A DNA stretch of 59,417 nucleotides, the filler included, from Basidiobolus ranarum (taxonomy: Eukaryota): assembly GCA_040143965.1 (NCBI GenBank). It is 8 parts of 8 records of this genome, joined end to end, with 100 filler letters (N's around TTAATTAATTAA, not from the genome) between each part and the next. Parts side by side here need not be neighbours in the genome. Positions count along the whole stretch, not along the records: positions 37,230 to 44,560 come from JASJQH010008012.1; positions 44,661 to 51,991 come from JASJQH010008013.1; 6 more parts are not named here. One strand, given 5' to 3'. Under the pieces are notes generated by a model. It saw only the letters and a list, made by a program, of their open reading frames with translations, was not told the origin of the DNA and ran no database searches. Below are positions 37,731 through 50,079 of the stretch, piece after piece. Numbering within the stretch: the first letter of the stretch is position 1; each line of letters starts with the position of its first letter. The position numbers and the translations under genes were made by a program.

Positions 37731-39797
37731 CTAAGAGGTCTCAAAAGAGTATCTTTGAATATTATTGAAAACCTCCTTTGACATCTTCAACATTGTAGGC
37801 TCACATGAACTGTGACAAGAGTTTTCCTCATCTTCTGGTAAGACAATTTCAACTTTTAACGGGTTGCTGGTTGCAAAGAAAATTCCATAGATGTCAGTGT
37901 TCTAGGGTATCCCCTTTATGAATTTGTTAAGGATAATTTCAATAAATAGCTTATTGGTGCGATATATATTTCCATTTATTATTTTATAAACAAAGTCAGT
38001 TGCTTAACAAGCATATGCCAATTCACTCAAAGTAGAACGGAGGTGTTAGTTTGATTTCCCACCAATTACTAAATCCCATGAATCCTCTATATTCGATGAT
38101 AATATGCATGTAGGTAAACCTAATAAACGGGCGTCAGATGATCGTGGACTTCGAAGGATTAATTGCTAAATAAGAATTTGTGAATTAAAATAAATGTACA
38201 ACATAGCTGGGTCTAGATGGTATCAGCAAATCATTACAGTGGTACCATCAGGTAAACAGGCCACTATAGTTATGAGTCGTTTTTGATACCCCCCGTTTGG
38301 TTAATCTCTAATGTAAAGTCGGGATAAACTTTAGGGTGGAGATAACCACCATTTACGGGATAGAGACATCCCGAAGTAGCCCCTATCACTGTACCGCCAT
38401 GACCTCTCTTGTCAATGATGCCCTAGCTGTGTGATACAAGATATCTTTCCATTCGAGGTTTTTCCTCAGCATTGCCGATACTTTCCAATGAAAGGAACTG
38501 TTGTTACGCAAACTTAGATGAATCTGAACTGAGTCTGCCTTACAAAGAACTTCGCATTAAAAATTGACGATGCCACATAAGATGTCACACCACTGTGTGG
38601 TGGAGGCCAATAGGAAGTTCAAAATATCAAGGAACAGACTAGCCTTGAGAGACTTCATTGAGCATTTTAGCAATGTTGCTGGAGAAATAATGTTCATTGA
38701 TACAAGAGCTTGACAATTCCTATCAGCAAGCACCCCTTTGCAAGTGAATCAATATATCTGGTTGGAATCATCTGCTTGCATGCACACTGATCGATGTTAC
38801 GTACTACTGCGTGTAATTGTTTAATCGTGATATGGTCGTGAAAAGATCTGTGACCAAACCTATCTGCATGTATAAGCGCTACACGAAGTCTAGGAAGTTG
38901 TAGTCACTGGCAGAATTTGTGCATTATCTAGACTGTGGGTGTCCTTGTAAAATGCCATACTAGATTGAGTTAACATGGGGTTTGCTAGCAGTTACTCATC
39001 ACGCAATAGAATTCGATTAATCGGAATGACCAATGGGTGGTGTGCATATAGAGCCTTCTTCAGTAGCCCCCGAGTCTGAAATCTTGGATATAGCCTATAG
39101 AGAAATTCTGGTTCTTTGCGAAAAAAAAATTGATGGTAGTTTGATGCAGCACGGAGGTTGTTTATCTTAATGAGGCGTAGTTCAATCAAATCAGATGGGT
39201 GCGATTATTAATGGATTGATCAAATCCCTTCCCAAATTGTACCATAATTCGGAGATTTCCAAACTTTAAATGCTAATGTATGACTTGACCAATTAGGGGC
39301 AATCTTGAACTATTCATTAAAATGTTGGAATATTCATATAGAAGTGTATTGGATTTCTCTCCAATTACAATTTCCGGTACTCGAACGCATTCATGATAAC
39401 GAAAGCAAAATAAAACTTGTATATGGGCTGATATTAATGCTACGTATAGATGGTATTGTTAGTAATGAACCAATTCAACGATTAGCCACGACTAGTTGGT
39501 CTTTTAGGCTCGACACACTCTAATAGAAAATACTTGAATGATATAGCTGTAGGAGTTTGTGTGACGAGCTTATTAATAATGGCGCTAACAATGAAGGATG
39601 GGAAACCTGATGAATTTAGAAAGTAACCGAGTTAGCTAACAAGAAGATCTCGAATGAAGGCAGTAAGGAAATGAAAGGAAGGTAAAAGTACAACATTGAA
39701 TTATAAATGTGGGCCAGACTTTAAGTATAAATACACACTGTTGAGATGCATAACTTATCAGATTATTACTGGAATCATACATACGACACTTCGAACT

Positions 39798-40397
39798 ATG
39801 CAATCTCTTTCCAAGCTATTTTTCATTACTCTTCTTAGCCTTGCCTTCTTGCAAGCTACAGTAGTGGCTAGAAGAGTAAAGATGACCTACTACTGGGTTG
39901 CAAACGAGAATGACCACTCAGGATCCAAAAATGTTGACATTAAGACCTGTGCAGGAAAGTCCATCGCCAAAGTTTCCTGGTCTTTCGCTGAAGCTGCTCG
40001 TATGGAGGGTACTGCACGTTTGAACAACGGTAAGGTAGTCAACCTTTCATGCAGTTGTGGTAGCGGATTCAACTGTTTCATGGCTCTTGATGAGAAGAGA
40101 TATCCCTTCGGCCTGGGTTCTCAGAGCAATGCTCTCAAGCCTTTCATCAGCATCTCTGCCAACGATATTCCATTTGGAAGCACAGTTATCGTAAAGGAGC
40201 TTCAAGGACTCAAGATGCCCAATGGTATCACCCATAACGGATGTGTACGAGTTGATGATAAGGGATGGAGCTTTGGAAACAACCACATTGATTTATTGGT
40301 TGGTGACAAGAAATATTACGAACAAATCAGTCGTCAATACGGCAGCAGGCTCAGCAACGTCGACATTACTCAAACTTCCTGCCAGCTTCAAGGATAA
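39798..40397 (+). CDS. secreted 3D-domain (MltA-like) protein, copy 2
   Basis: Signal peptide MQSLSKLFFITLLSLAFLQATVVA; three-Asp pattern ANDIP / VDDKG / IDLLVG; intronless; TATAAATA about 70 bp upstream. Confidence 0.78.
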   Translation: MQSLSKLFFITLLSLAFLQATVVARRVKMTYYWVANENDHSGSKNVDIKTCAGKSIAKVSWSFAEAARMEGTARLNNGKVVNLSCSCGSGFNCFMALDEKRYPFGLGSQSNALKPFISISANDIPFGSTVIVKELQGLKMPNGITHNGCVRVDDKGWSFGNNHIDLLVGDKKYYEQISRQYGSRLSNVDITQTSCQLQG

Positions 40398-41354
40398 GCA
40401 ATATCAGTAGTATCCTAATACTAAAGATGATCCACCTATGATGTATATGTAACTACTTGGTTTATTTGAATCTTCTGGTAAGAACAACGAAGCCAATAAA
40501 AAGTACTTATTTCAAGGAATTACCATATTTTTCATTTCTTCATACCAATCTGATATATGTTGGATTTTTTGTCGATAATCTGGCAGCAGAATTCGTTTTT
40601 GAGCAACAAAAATGCTGTGCATTTAACATAGTTCAAGCGTTTGTATCTAGTCTACTTCTAAAGAGCCTATGAGAGCAGGCAATGATGGTATCTTCATTGT
40701 GAAAGTAGTTGGCATTCTGGACTCTAGAACAAACGTGTGTTAAATGCTTAAATTGACCTGGCCAATCACCACAGATTCTAAATTATCCAGATCATACCAA
40801 ATTAGGCAACCTGCCACTGAGCGGTATTCTAAAATAGAATATGGTAACCCTAACCCTAAATGGTCATTACAAAGATGGATTGTGCAATAGTAGCTGGGTG
40901 AAGTGCAAAGACCAAATCCGATATCTCCCTAAGCCAATCGAATGGCAGATCATGTGGCCATTGCTGAGCAAATGATTGTGGAAAAAATTCGGATTGGTTC
41001 AATTGAACAACTCCTGCCAACTCCAACAAGTATCCAATCACGAGCACAAAGAGAATGCACCCAAAACTGTTAATGTCATTTGGATTTCGGACTCGGGTTG
41101 CTCGCAGCCATTTCAAAATCCATGTACCCATACCGATGAAATCTGTTTACAGAACAAACCCAAAGGAGCATGTCCAATTCTGAAGCGGTTGCCTGTTACG
41201 TTAGTTGCAAATTGAGTTTTTGAGGAAAGTGACCGAGTAATCGACCCAAAGCGATATGTATACTGCATAGTCCTCAGCGGCAGCACTATTGAAAATATAT
41301 AAATACTACCGTGAAAGCAGTGTGATTTTCATCCACTTTCTTTAGGACTTCACA

Positions 41355-41942
41355 ATGTTATCTGCTACAAAACTGGTTTTTGCTGTCTTGATTGGACTCG
41401 TGCTTCAGGCCACTGTCTTCGCCAACCAAGTTAAAATGACTTTCTACTGGGTCTCTAGAGAGAGCGATTTTTCTGGATCTAAGAGTATTGCACTCAAAAC
41501 CTGCTCTGGAAAGAGCATTGCTATGGTCAGCCATGAATTTGCCACAGCTGCTCGCATGGAGGGTACTGCCCGCTTGAACAATGGAAAGGTAATCAACCTC
41601 GATTGCAATTGTGGGGGTGGTTATAGCTGCTTCTCTATCATTGAGCAAGGTCATTTCCCATACGGTAAAGGTGCTAAGGATAATGCTCTCACTCCTTTCG
41701 TCAGTGTAGCCGCCAATGATATTCCTCTAGGCAGTACCTTGATGGTCAACCAGCTTAAAGGGGTCAAGATGCCCAACGGTCGTACTCATAACGGATGTGT
41801 TCGTGTGGACGATCAAGGGTGGAGCTTTGGTGGGAACCAGATTGATTTGCTTGTCGGTGACAAGAAATACTACCATCAAATGGATAGCCGTAACTTCAAC
41901 AAAGTAGATATCTCTCGCACCAAGTGTAATCCTGTGGCCTGA
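41355..41942 (+). CDS. secreted 3D-domain (MltA-like) protein, copy 3
   Basis: Signal peptide MLSATKLVFAVLIGLVLQATVFA; ANDIP / VDDQG / IDLLVG; intronless; TATAAATA about 55 bp upstream. Confidence 0.78.
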   Translation: MLSATKLVFAVLIGLVLQATVFANQVKMTFYWVSRESDFSGSKSIALKTCSGKSIAMVSHEFATAARMEGTARLNNGKVINLDCNCGGGYSCFSIIEQGHFPYGKGAKDNALTPFVSVAANDIPLGSTLMVNQLKGVKMPNGRTHNGCVRVDDQGWSFGGNQIDLLVGDKKYYHQMDSRNFNKVDISRTKCNPVA

Positions 41943-44307
41943 TATATACAATAGATTTGTTCCTTGGTTTCCAAACGATTTCTACTACATTGACTGTAAT
42001 CACAACCTCAAGTATTGAATGCTGAATAGAATTTCTATGTACAATATTTACATTGAATGACCTTTATAGAATAAAGAGAACTTAGAATCAACGTACTTAC
42101 CTGAACTTTTTATGGCATCTGATGACTTGTGCCTGGTTACGTCTGAGATTTCAACAGTCAAACTATCCATCTTCCAGACCAAAGGGGATGAAAGATAGTG
42201 TGAATATATTTCCGCTCTATTAAAACTTTGTTCTGGATAAGCTTGATGACATTGAGAATAATAAAGATATTTCAAACAAAAGATAAAATCTTGGCTTCAG
42301 CTCTAGCTATACTTGGAGATACGTCCTTTAATATATCAGGAAGTCGGATTTGGAAACTCTTCCTGACATTATGTGAATCTTTTACGAGCTAGCCTTGATT
42401 GCAGCTCCTACTGAGTTTGTCTGCTATTGTCTATGCTTGCAAGTTTAAAGATTGACCATAACAGTAGGGCTCAAGATGTCCATAGAATGGATTGAGTAGT
42501 CCAATAAAGTATGGGTCCATCGACACTTAAGGGAATTTCCTTCTAAGTTCACAATGAAAACGAATTAACGGAATCTGGACAGTTGAGTATAGAATAGGAA
42601 AGATTTTGAATCACTGATTTCTGCTGGGGTTTCATCTTCCACATCGGATTGGCTGGATACCCATATACTTTAGATAACTTAAAGTCATCGTAGCAACTAA
42701 CCATCCAAAAGATCGTCGACCATTGCCATCTGTTCTATGTCAGATTTCACTTTGCTTCGGAAAGAGGAACCAATGAAGCCCATGCCGTTAATTGAGTCCA
42801 TTCTCATTTTGTGACTATTGTTGAGCAAGTCCAGTTTTCATTGTTAAAGAAGCCCCAACAACCAATGTTTGTGATCTTAACAGTGGGGAACAATATTTCA
42901 GTGTAATTAGCGATACATAAACTCACAGACATATATTCTGTAAAACCTCATGTATTTCCTACAATTGAATAAGGTTTAAAACTAGTGTGTAAGCGTATCA
43001 TAATACTAGTAAAACATTGAAATGTTTTTGTACTTTTGGTAAGGTGCACATTATTCAAATTGACCTGAGTTGGCCAAAAATATGCACTGCATTATCCATT
43101 ATGATTGAATGCCACAATTTTGATTGGCTACATAATTTGGTAGCTTTATTGGTCCTTTGTTGAAGATTGATGATTTCTAGTAATACATATCACAATAAGG
43201 AACTGGACAAGGACTGGAAACAGCAACAAGAGGCTAGAAAGCAGGAGGGTACTTGGGTGTAGACTACAAAGCAAGACAAGATAAGGCTAGACAGGGAAGA
43301 TATTTTGGCAAGAATCTTTATTGATAACTGGTGTTGATCAGACTGAGATCTGATCAAGGAAAACATGGAGCTTATATAGATATTGCCAGGTGAAACATAG
43401 TATACTGCATAGGGAATATACTGTGGCAAGTTCAAGTGTTGGGGTGTTGGAGACTGCAAGGACTAATACAAAGAGGGATGATGTAAGAATGATCAGGTGA
43501 CCTTCCATGGAAGGCCTTGGCAAAAATACACTATGTGTGGGATCACATGATTGGTTAAGTTTTTTGGAATGTTCAAACAACATGACTTCCATATATGATA
43601 AACTGGATAAACTAACACAAGATTGCACAGAAAGGATGGCACAGCAGATATGATGTCATAATCTAATGATGAAGGAGTTCTATTTACAGTGGATGAGTGT
43701 GGCAAGATCAGAATCATGACACATAATCTTTTCAAAAGATGCTATAGTTATATACTATATTGCATACATCAATATTTAGAAAGATTCAACCTAATCACAG
43801 TAATATCTAAATAAAAGGCAAAGTTCCTCTATTATGAGTATTTTGGATGTATTGGAAGAGCCTGGCATAATTAGAAGGAATAAGTGACTTTCACCTGTTA
43901 TTTTATTTGATTGAAAGAAGGTAAGAACAGGGATACACTTTTGGGGTGTTTAGAAACTTGAGACTAAAGTTGGGGGTTTTGGACAAGTATGAGAATTTGC
44001 ACTTTTTCCAAGCATTCTAAATGTTAGTACAACATGTCTGAAATATATGTGACAATTTTGATTTCTCAAATGTTGACTATATGCATGTGCACTATGCTAA
44101 GCATGCTATGTGAGCAGCCAAACACTGAAATCTACTGATGTACAACCTCTTGTATACATATATGTTTGCTTTACTTGCCTTATTTTGGACTTTTTAGAGG
44201 TATAGATGTTCTTTATAACTGACTCCCTATTTTTGCATGCATCTTTAAAATGCCATTATCTCCAAACTTACTTTATGACACAAATTAGTATTTGCCATCA
44301 TGCTCAT

Positions 44308-44560
44308 TGTTAAAGTATTTGGGAGCCTGTTGGAAGTGGTTTGGAGAATTAGAGCAATTGGTGGTTTTCACTTATTGATTTATTGAGTAGAAAGTTGACA
44401 TATATAGTTTTGTTGAGATGTAAACAAACAAACATGTAGAATGTGTTAAGGAAGGTCCCAGGAACATGTGTGCAAAGTTTGGGCCTCTTTGAAAAATCTA
44501 TATATCTGAGAACTTCTAAGTTGGTAAAAATATTCTGGGTAAATTCCAATTAAGAATAAT
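44308..44560 (-). repeat. copia-family LTR, third copy, truncated at contig end
   Basis: Reverse complement matches the 3' part of 15390-15737 and 30134-30481, ending ...CCCAAATACTTTAACA. Confidence 0.88.
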
Positions 44561-44660
44561 NNNNNNNNNNNNNNNNNNNNNNNNNNNNNNNNNNNNNNNN
44601 NNNNTTAATTAATTAANNNNNNNNNNNNNNNNNNNNNNNNNNNNNNNNNNNNNNNNNNNN

Positions 44661-45080
44661 TAACTGATTCCACTCGAGGGAGTGATAGATAGGAAGGGCG
44701 GGATCCATTATAGTGCCAGCAATAAAGGCTCCTGCAGTGTGTCCATTGAAGAGCTCGGTGGTCAGTTCCTGTATCTGTGTCGATGTATTTGTCAAGTTGA
44801 ACCCCTTGTCTTGATTTACCAACGCTACTGTAAGATGTTGAATACGCCCAACTGGATCCCATAGGAAGCCTACGTACATCCATTCGTAGCCTATTGCAAT
44901 AACAATTAGCAGTATACAAACAATGACCAAGTGTTTTATCGGCAAAGAAGGCAGAAAGTCTAAACGGAACTCCGAGAGTACATGCTTTGTACCACTGCCC
45001 TGATCAGCACGAGACTCCAGGGTCGGCTCTTGCCGCTGTGTACATTGGTCTTGGTCTATTATGGCAGTGTTGTTTGCCAT
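44661..45080 (-). CDS. membrane protein of DUF3533/SNG1- or YhgE/Pip-like type, 3'-truncated
   Basis: TM helix followed by YVGFLWDPVGRIQHLTVALVNQDKG. Confidence 0.6.
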
Positions 45081-47064
45081 TGGTATAGTTCGGTTTGAAA
45101 CCCGTCTCTATGCATTTATATACATGTTACAGGATTCCGTTATTTCCAGTTGTCTGGATGCTCCTCGGCCCGATGACTCAGAACGTCTAGTTCTTATACG
45201 GCTAGAGCCTCCTCCTGGAATAAATAAGTTCTAAATAGATATCCAATCATGTTTATGGTTAGAGCAACTACTTAGTTTAATAGTACTTAGTGGCCCAAAG
45301 ATCACCAGGAAGATAGCTGTGGTAGGAGTGAAGCGCACGCAGAGTCAGGTATATAATTCATTCTCATTCATAAACTCTGTGCATCATTTCGAATACACTG
45401 TCCATAAAGTAGCTAGATATTTCAGCGTCTGCCGTGTCACAGTTTTAGTTTTACATCAAGGCCAGGTTTGGTAACTAGGTTAAACGAATCTAGACTTATG
45501 AGGTTATTCCCGAGTAACCGTCAATCCCGGTAATTGTGTTGTAATCCTGCTAATTATGTTGAAATGGTTCCAACAAGCTTTCATAATTCGAATTCGGTAA
45601 TTTTGATAACCCGAAATTGGATGTTGTTAGTGTCTTATACTTGATGATGCAAATTATATGAAACAAGCCCAGGAGGCTTTGAGTTGCTGAGAGGTTAGGA
45701 AAAAACTTTACTGAAAACCTGTACAGTCATGCTACGAGTAACTAACACAATCTTCGTCCTTTTACTGCTTTTTGATGCTCTAGAATTGTCGGACTGCTCT
45801 TACGCTTTGGCATCAGAGTAGTAAAGTCATTTCACGCTTCATATATTTTGGGTGGTTCGAATGATTTATCGGCATCAAGAAATATCGAATACACAAATTG
45901 TGCAAGAGAAATTGAAAAACCTAGTGGCGGGGATTAGGCTATTTCGAAGAATGGGTATTCGAATTCACGAAATAACAAACAACGTTGTTGTAGATCTCGA
46001 GGGCACGTGGGTCAATTTTTGGGGGGTTTTGACCATATCGGGGTCTATCTGATTTGAAGTAAATGCCGAGGGTAAATATCGGCTAGTGAAACATCCCAGA
46101 GCACCAATTAGGCGGATAGTTAGGTACGAGCATCAGATAGAGACTTGAAATCGAAGCAAGTGGAAGTGGAAACTTGGAAGTAATTCGAAGTATTAAGAAG
46201 AAATTGTGTTCTTCGTTCGTTGGTTTATGGACCAAAAACAGGGTAGAACTTCCTAGAACCAAATATGGGATTGTATTGTAGGAGGTCATGGAAGGATGTG
46301 GGCAAGTTTGGGGTCTTTTCAGTACATGAAACTTCATGATATACGAACTATTACGGGCGACCTAATTATTTGAAAAATATTCGCACTAAATGCGATATTA
46401 ACTGCATTCATAACAACACAGACAGCTTTGTCTGGAGTTAGAATATGAATTCGGCAGTTGGCTCCAAAGCATTAACAGTTTCAGCGCTAATCATAACGGT
46501 GTAGGTTCTGGAACACGTGCTATCTGGTTTACATGTACGCGATCCACTGTTTATTCATTGTCGGATTTTCAGTCACTTTAGTGGAAGGTTCCTTACCAAA
46601 AATTTCATCGCTAATAACGGTAAGGTTTGTTCCTTTGACGCTTAGATCATTCACAGAAGATTTCCAAACTTACCTTATTCAAAAGGAATACCTCATGTTT
46701 CATCAACCCTTAGATATTGTTTTCCCTTGGTTCCCTTCAAGCAAAAGTGATAAAAAGTTAGAATGATATACATGAACCAATTACTATGGTTACTCCTGTG
46801 TTAGCTTGGAATCTATGTACAAACTTAAACTCCAAGGCTTGAATGATCTTATGGGTATCATATGAACATTGATCTGTCATAATGGAATGAAATAGCGTAT
46901 AGAAAAACCCTAACCCTATCCATTTATGATTAGCAAAATTATGGATCTAAATCAAATTTCCATTGTTAGCACTGCGCATATATTCTAACCCCTAATTCAC
47001 CTGATTTATTCACCTGATTTTACCTAAATGATTATTTATTTATGTTTACAGTGGTTCATTCTAC

Positions 47065-47138
47065 CTAATAGTCAACAAGGTAATAATAATAACTAATTGT
47101 CAACAAGGTAATAATAATAACTAATTGTCAACAAGGTA
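47065..47138. repeat. 28-bp tandem repeat (about 2.6 copies) duplicating the hydrolase stop region
   Basis: CTAATTGTCAACAAGGTAATAATAATAA units start at 47065, 47093 and 47121. Confidence 0.9.
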
Positions 47139-48044
47139 TTGAGTATAGTATTGGCCCAATTTTTGTACAACTGGGTCCACATACTTTAGTACGTCATAAA
47201 GATCAACATGAGATGCTCCTGGAACAAGGAACAACTCCTTTGGCTCTTTGGCTTTTTGTATGGCGTTCTCACTCAGGTACTTAGTATCAGCATCTGTTCC
47301 GGCAATCAGCAAGATCGGACGAGGGGAAATCAAATGCACGAAGTTGAATGCTGAGAATTGTACCAGCTTATCCATGCTTCGGAAAACATATTCATTTGTA
47401 CTGCGAGGGTGCTGAGCACGAGGTGTACGGTAATAATCGTATGCTTCCTTGTAGAGGCTACGAGGTGGTAGTGTTGCTGCATCTGAGGCAGTTTTTGGAA
47501 CCCAATTACTCAGGTAAGGCTCCTCACCTTTTGCTTCCCTTGTCCGCTGTCTTGCTGCTTCTTGCAGACCTTGTTGCAACTCTTCAAATGAAAGACTGCC
47601 ATTCATACCTTCCCTCCACAGCTCTCCAGTGTCCGCTGAGCTAATCCCGGCTACAGCCTTGATACGTACATCAGTTTGTGCCGCACAGGTTGCATATCCT
47701 CCTGCAGCACAGATACCTAGAACACCAATTCTCTCCGGATCAACTTCATCCAAGGTGGTGAGATAGGATACGGCACTTTTGAAGTCCTCTACTCTCTGAT
47801 TAGGATCCTCCAGGTATCTGGGAAGACCTTCACTTTCACCTTGGTAAGCAGCATCAAACGCCAAGGTAATGAAACCAAGATTTCTAAGCTTTTCAGCATA
47901 AAGACCCGCGGTTTGTTCTTTCACACCTCCACCAGGATGGCCGATCACAATAGCAGCATGCTTTTTAGGCTGAGTATTTTCTGGAAGATAGAGATTTCCG
48001 GCAACTTTGATACCTTGACTATGGAAAGACACTGTGCGAGGCAT
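47121..48044 (-). CDS. alpha/beta hydrolase, YcjY/COG1073-like (Cys nucleophile), intronless
   Basis: HPGGGVKEQTAGLYA, AFDAAYQGESEG.PR, IGVLGICAAGGY, ISPRPILLIAG, GASHVDLYD. Confidence 0.9.
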   Translation of the reverse strand: MPRTVSFHSQGIKVAGNLYLPENTQPKKHAAIVIGHPGGGVKEQTAGLYAEKLRNLGFITLAFDAAYQGESEGLPRYLEDPNQRVEDFKSAVSYLTTLDEVDPERIGVLGICAAGGYATCAAQTDVRIKAVAGISSADTGELWREGMNGSLSFEELQQGLQEAARQRTREAKGEEPYLSNWVPKTASDAATLPPRSLYKEAYDYYRTPRAQHPRSTNEYVFRSMDKLVQFSAFNFVHLISPRPILLIAGTDADTKYLSENAIQKAKEPKELFLVPGASHVDLYDVLKYVDPVVQKLGQYYTQYLVDN

Positions 48045-49304
48045 ATTTAGAGATTATTGCTGATTATACTGTCAAATTAATACTGTTAGTCTATATATAT
48101 ACGGATGCTTACGTGATATAATTGAGATGTTTTGAAAATTTATCTGTTACCACCATGCCCATGAGTAAGAGCTATTTTACCCGCTGATTGGTGTGAGAGT
48201 TCTAGGATTAGATGTAACAAACTGTATAAATTATTATATATCGATTAAAATAGAAATTGATACCGCAAGTGTCAAGTGACCCTCCAACCATGAAAGGTTA
48301 GATAAGAAGTATGCTGCGGACTAGAGCTAATGGGTATTTATGCGGATTTCCTCATAGCGGATTTCCTCATAGTATATCTAGGGTGTGGCTGGTGACAGAA
48401 AGATTGAGCTTTTAATTATTTTTCATTAGTTCTAACAGTTGGAAAAGATCTTATTGATAAGGGTTGATATAGTCATCGTATTATTACCAACTGACACCAT
48501 AAAAGTCTAGTTCAATGACTAGGCATCTCGTCCAATTTCACAAGAGCGATTAAGTTATCCACGTATTAGTATAATCAGGCTAACAGTTGATTCTATATAG
48601 TATCATCAGTCTTAAGATTTGTCGAGAAGTCATCCTATGTTTGATACATTAAAGTGAAAATCTATTTGACCTTGTGATAGAGGGAGGTCAAATTCCCAAA
48701 GAGGCGGCTCTAATAATTATTATCAATATGCCAAAGTGCCACAACAGTTAAATAGCTTTCTATAATATGTAACAATCAGTTAATATGTATTAAAATTATC
48801 ACGCTTAAATCTTTTTTAAAGTCTCCATCTTCTCACGATTCATAGTTTATTAGGTCTATATATTATATTAGTTTCTTCGCATAAATTACTATACGAGGGT
48901 TTAAATAGCCTAGCTTGCGGTTCATCATACTGGCTTTTTATTTGAAGCGTTTTCCCGGAATGTTGATGAGAGGGTCCTAACCCTAAGATGTGGCCATTAG
49001 AACGCAAAATGTGGATGTAAGATAAAATTGATATCAAAAATTTCCACCTGCTAACATTCACTAGATTAACTAAGCCCCATGCCACCCCCCCCCGTGGTGG
49101 CAAAACATATAACAAAAAGAACAAGGCAAATTAGCAAGTGGATAGATGGATAGATGATCCTGTTTTAGTAACAATAGGGGAAAAGCTTACCCCACACGCA
49201 GTATCAACATTCAAGTATGCGAAATCGGACTCAATTGTTCCCGACAAATCTTACACAGCAGATCTTCATCCAGGTTGCTTGAAATTACTGCGATGAATAA
49301 GATT

Positions 49305-49426
49305 ATTTCTAGATTACCCACTCATTTCTAGATTACCCATTCATTTCTAGATTACCCATTCATTTCTAGATTACCCATTCATTTCTAGATTACCCACTCA
49401 TTTCTAGATTACCTACTCATTTCTAG
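49305..49426. repeat. 19-bp minisatellite (6 full copies + partial)
   Basis: ATTTCTAGATTACC(C/T)A(C/T)TC head to tail with no spacers. Confidence 0.95.
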
Positions 49427-49569
49427 CGTCAATCGCGGTCGCGGCTGCTTTGGCTTAAAGAAATAGCTTAAAGTATCTGAGTCACTGCGGTGAAGAATGA
49501 AAAAAGATTTCTGGGTGAGGAATGAGATCTAAAGCAAAAGCATAGTGAATCCAAATGCAACCCTTTCCA

Positions 49570-50079
49570 GAGCCACTCTACAGAGAAGGTCTTGGGGGTA
49601 CGCAATCTCCAGATGATTTAAAGAAGATGCTCGAGGAGGCCGGTAAAGAAAGAACCAAAGAAGCACGTGGCGCTGCACCACGTCTTGATCACATAGTTCC
49701 TCACACTGTAGAAGATGCAGCTAAGGTAGCACCACCTCGTACACTCTTTCGCGAAGGTACTGAGTACTACCGTACATCGCGCGCACAGCATCCTAATTCA
49801 CCAAACTGGTACGTCTTTAGAAGCTTGGATCAACTTGCTTCTTTCTCTGCTTTCGACCATGTGGATTTGATCTCACCTCATCCTCTTCTTCTCATTGCCG
49901 GAACCGATGCCGATACACTTTACTTCAGTGAAATAGCATACAAGAAAGCCAAAGAGCCAAAAGAATTATTTTTGATAGATGGAGCCACTCATATTGATCT
50001 ATACGATAAAGAACAGTATGTTGGACCTGCAGTGAAGAAATTGGATAACTTCTTTACCCAATATTTGAGTGGTAACTGA
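49570..50079 (+). pseudogene. C-terminal half of a paralog of the 47121-48044 hydrolase, lacking the N-terminus and nucleophile
   Basis: LYREG..ERTKEARG..EYYRTSRAQHPNS..ISPHPLLLIAGTDADT..GATHIDLYD aligns with the C-terminal half of the full gene; no N-terminal half recognised upstream. Confidence 0.72.

Noticed and set aside
40845-40860. TAACCC telomere-like repeats (also near 46905)
   Set aside because: Only two units, internal, compatible with chance.
43190-44000. Possible transposon coding remnant
   Set aside because: CpG-poor and repeat-like, but no diagnostic motif could be read.
49305-49426. Possible CRISPR array
   Set aside because: Units are head to tail with no unique spacers, there are no cas genes, and the context is eukaryotic.
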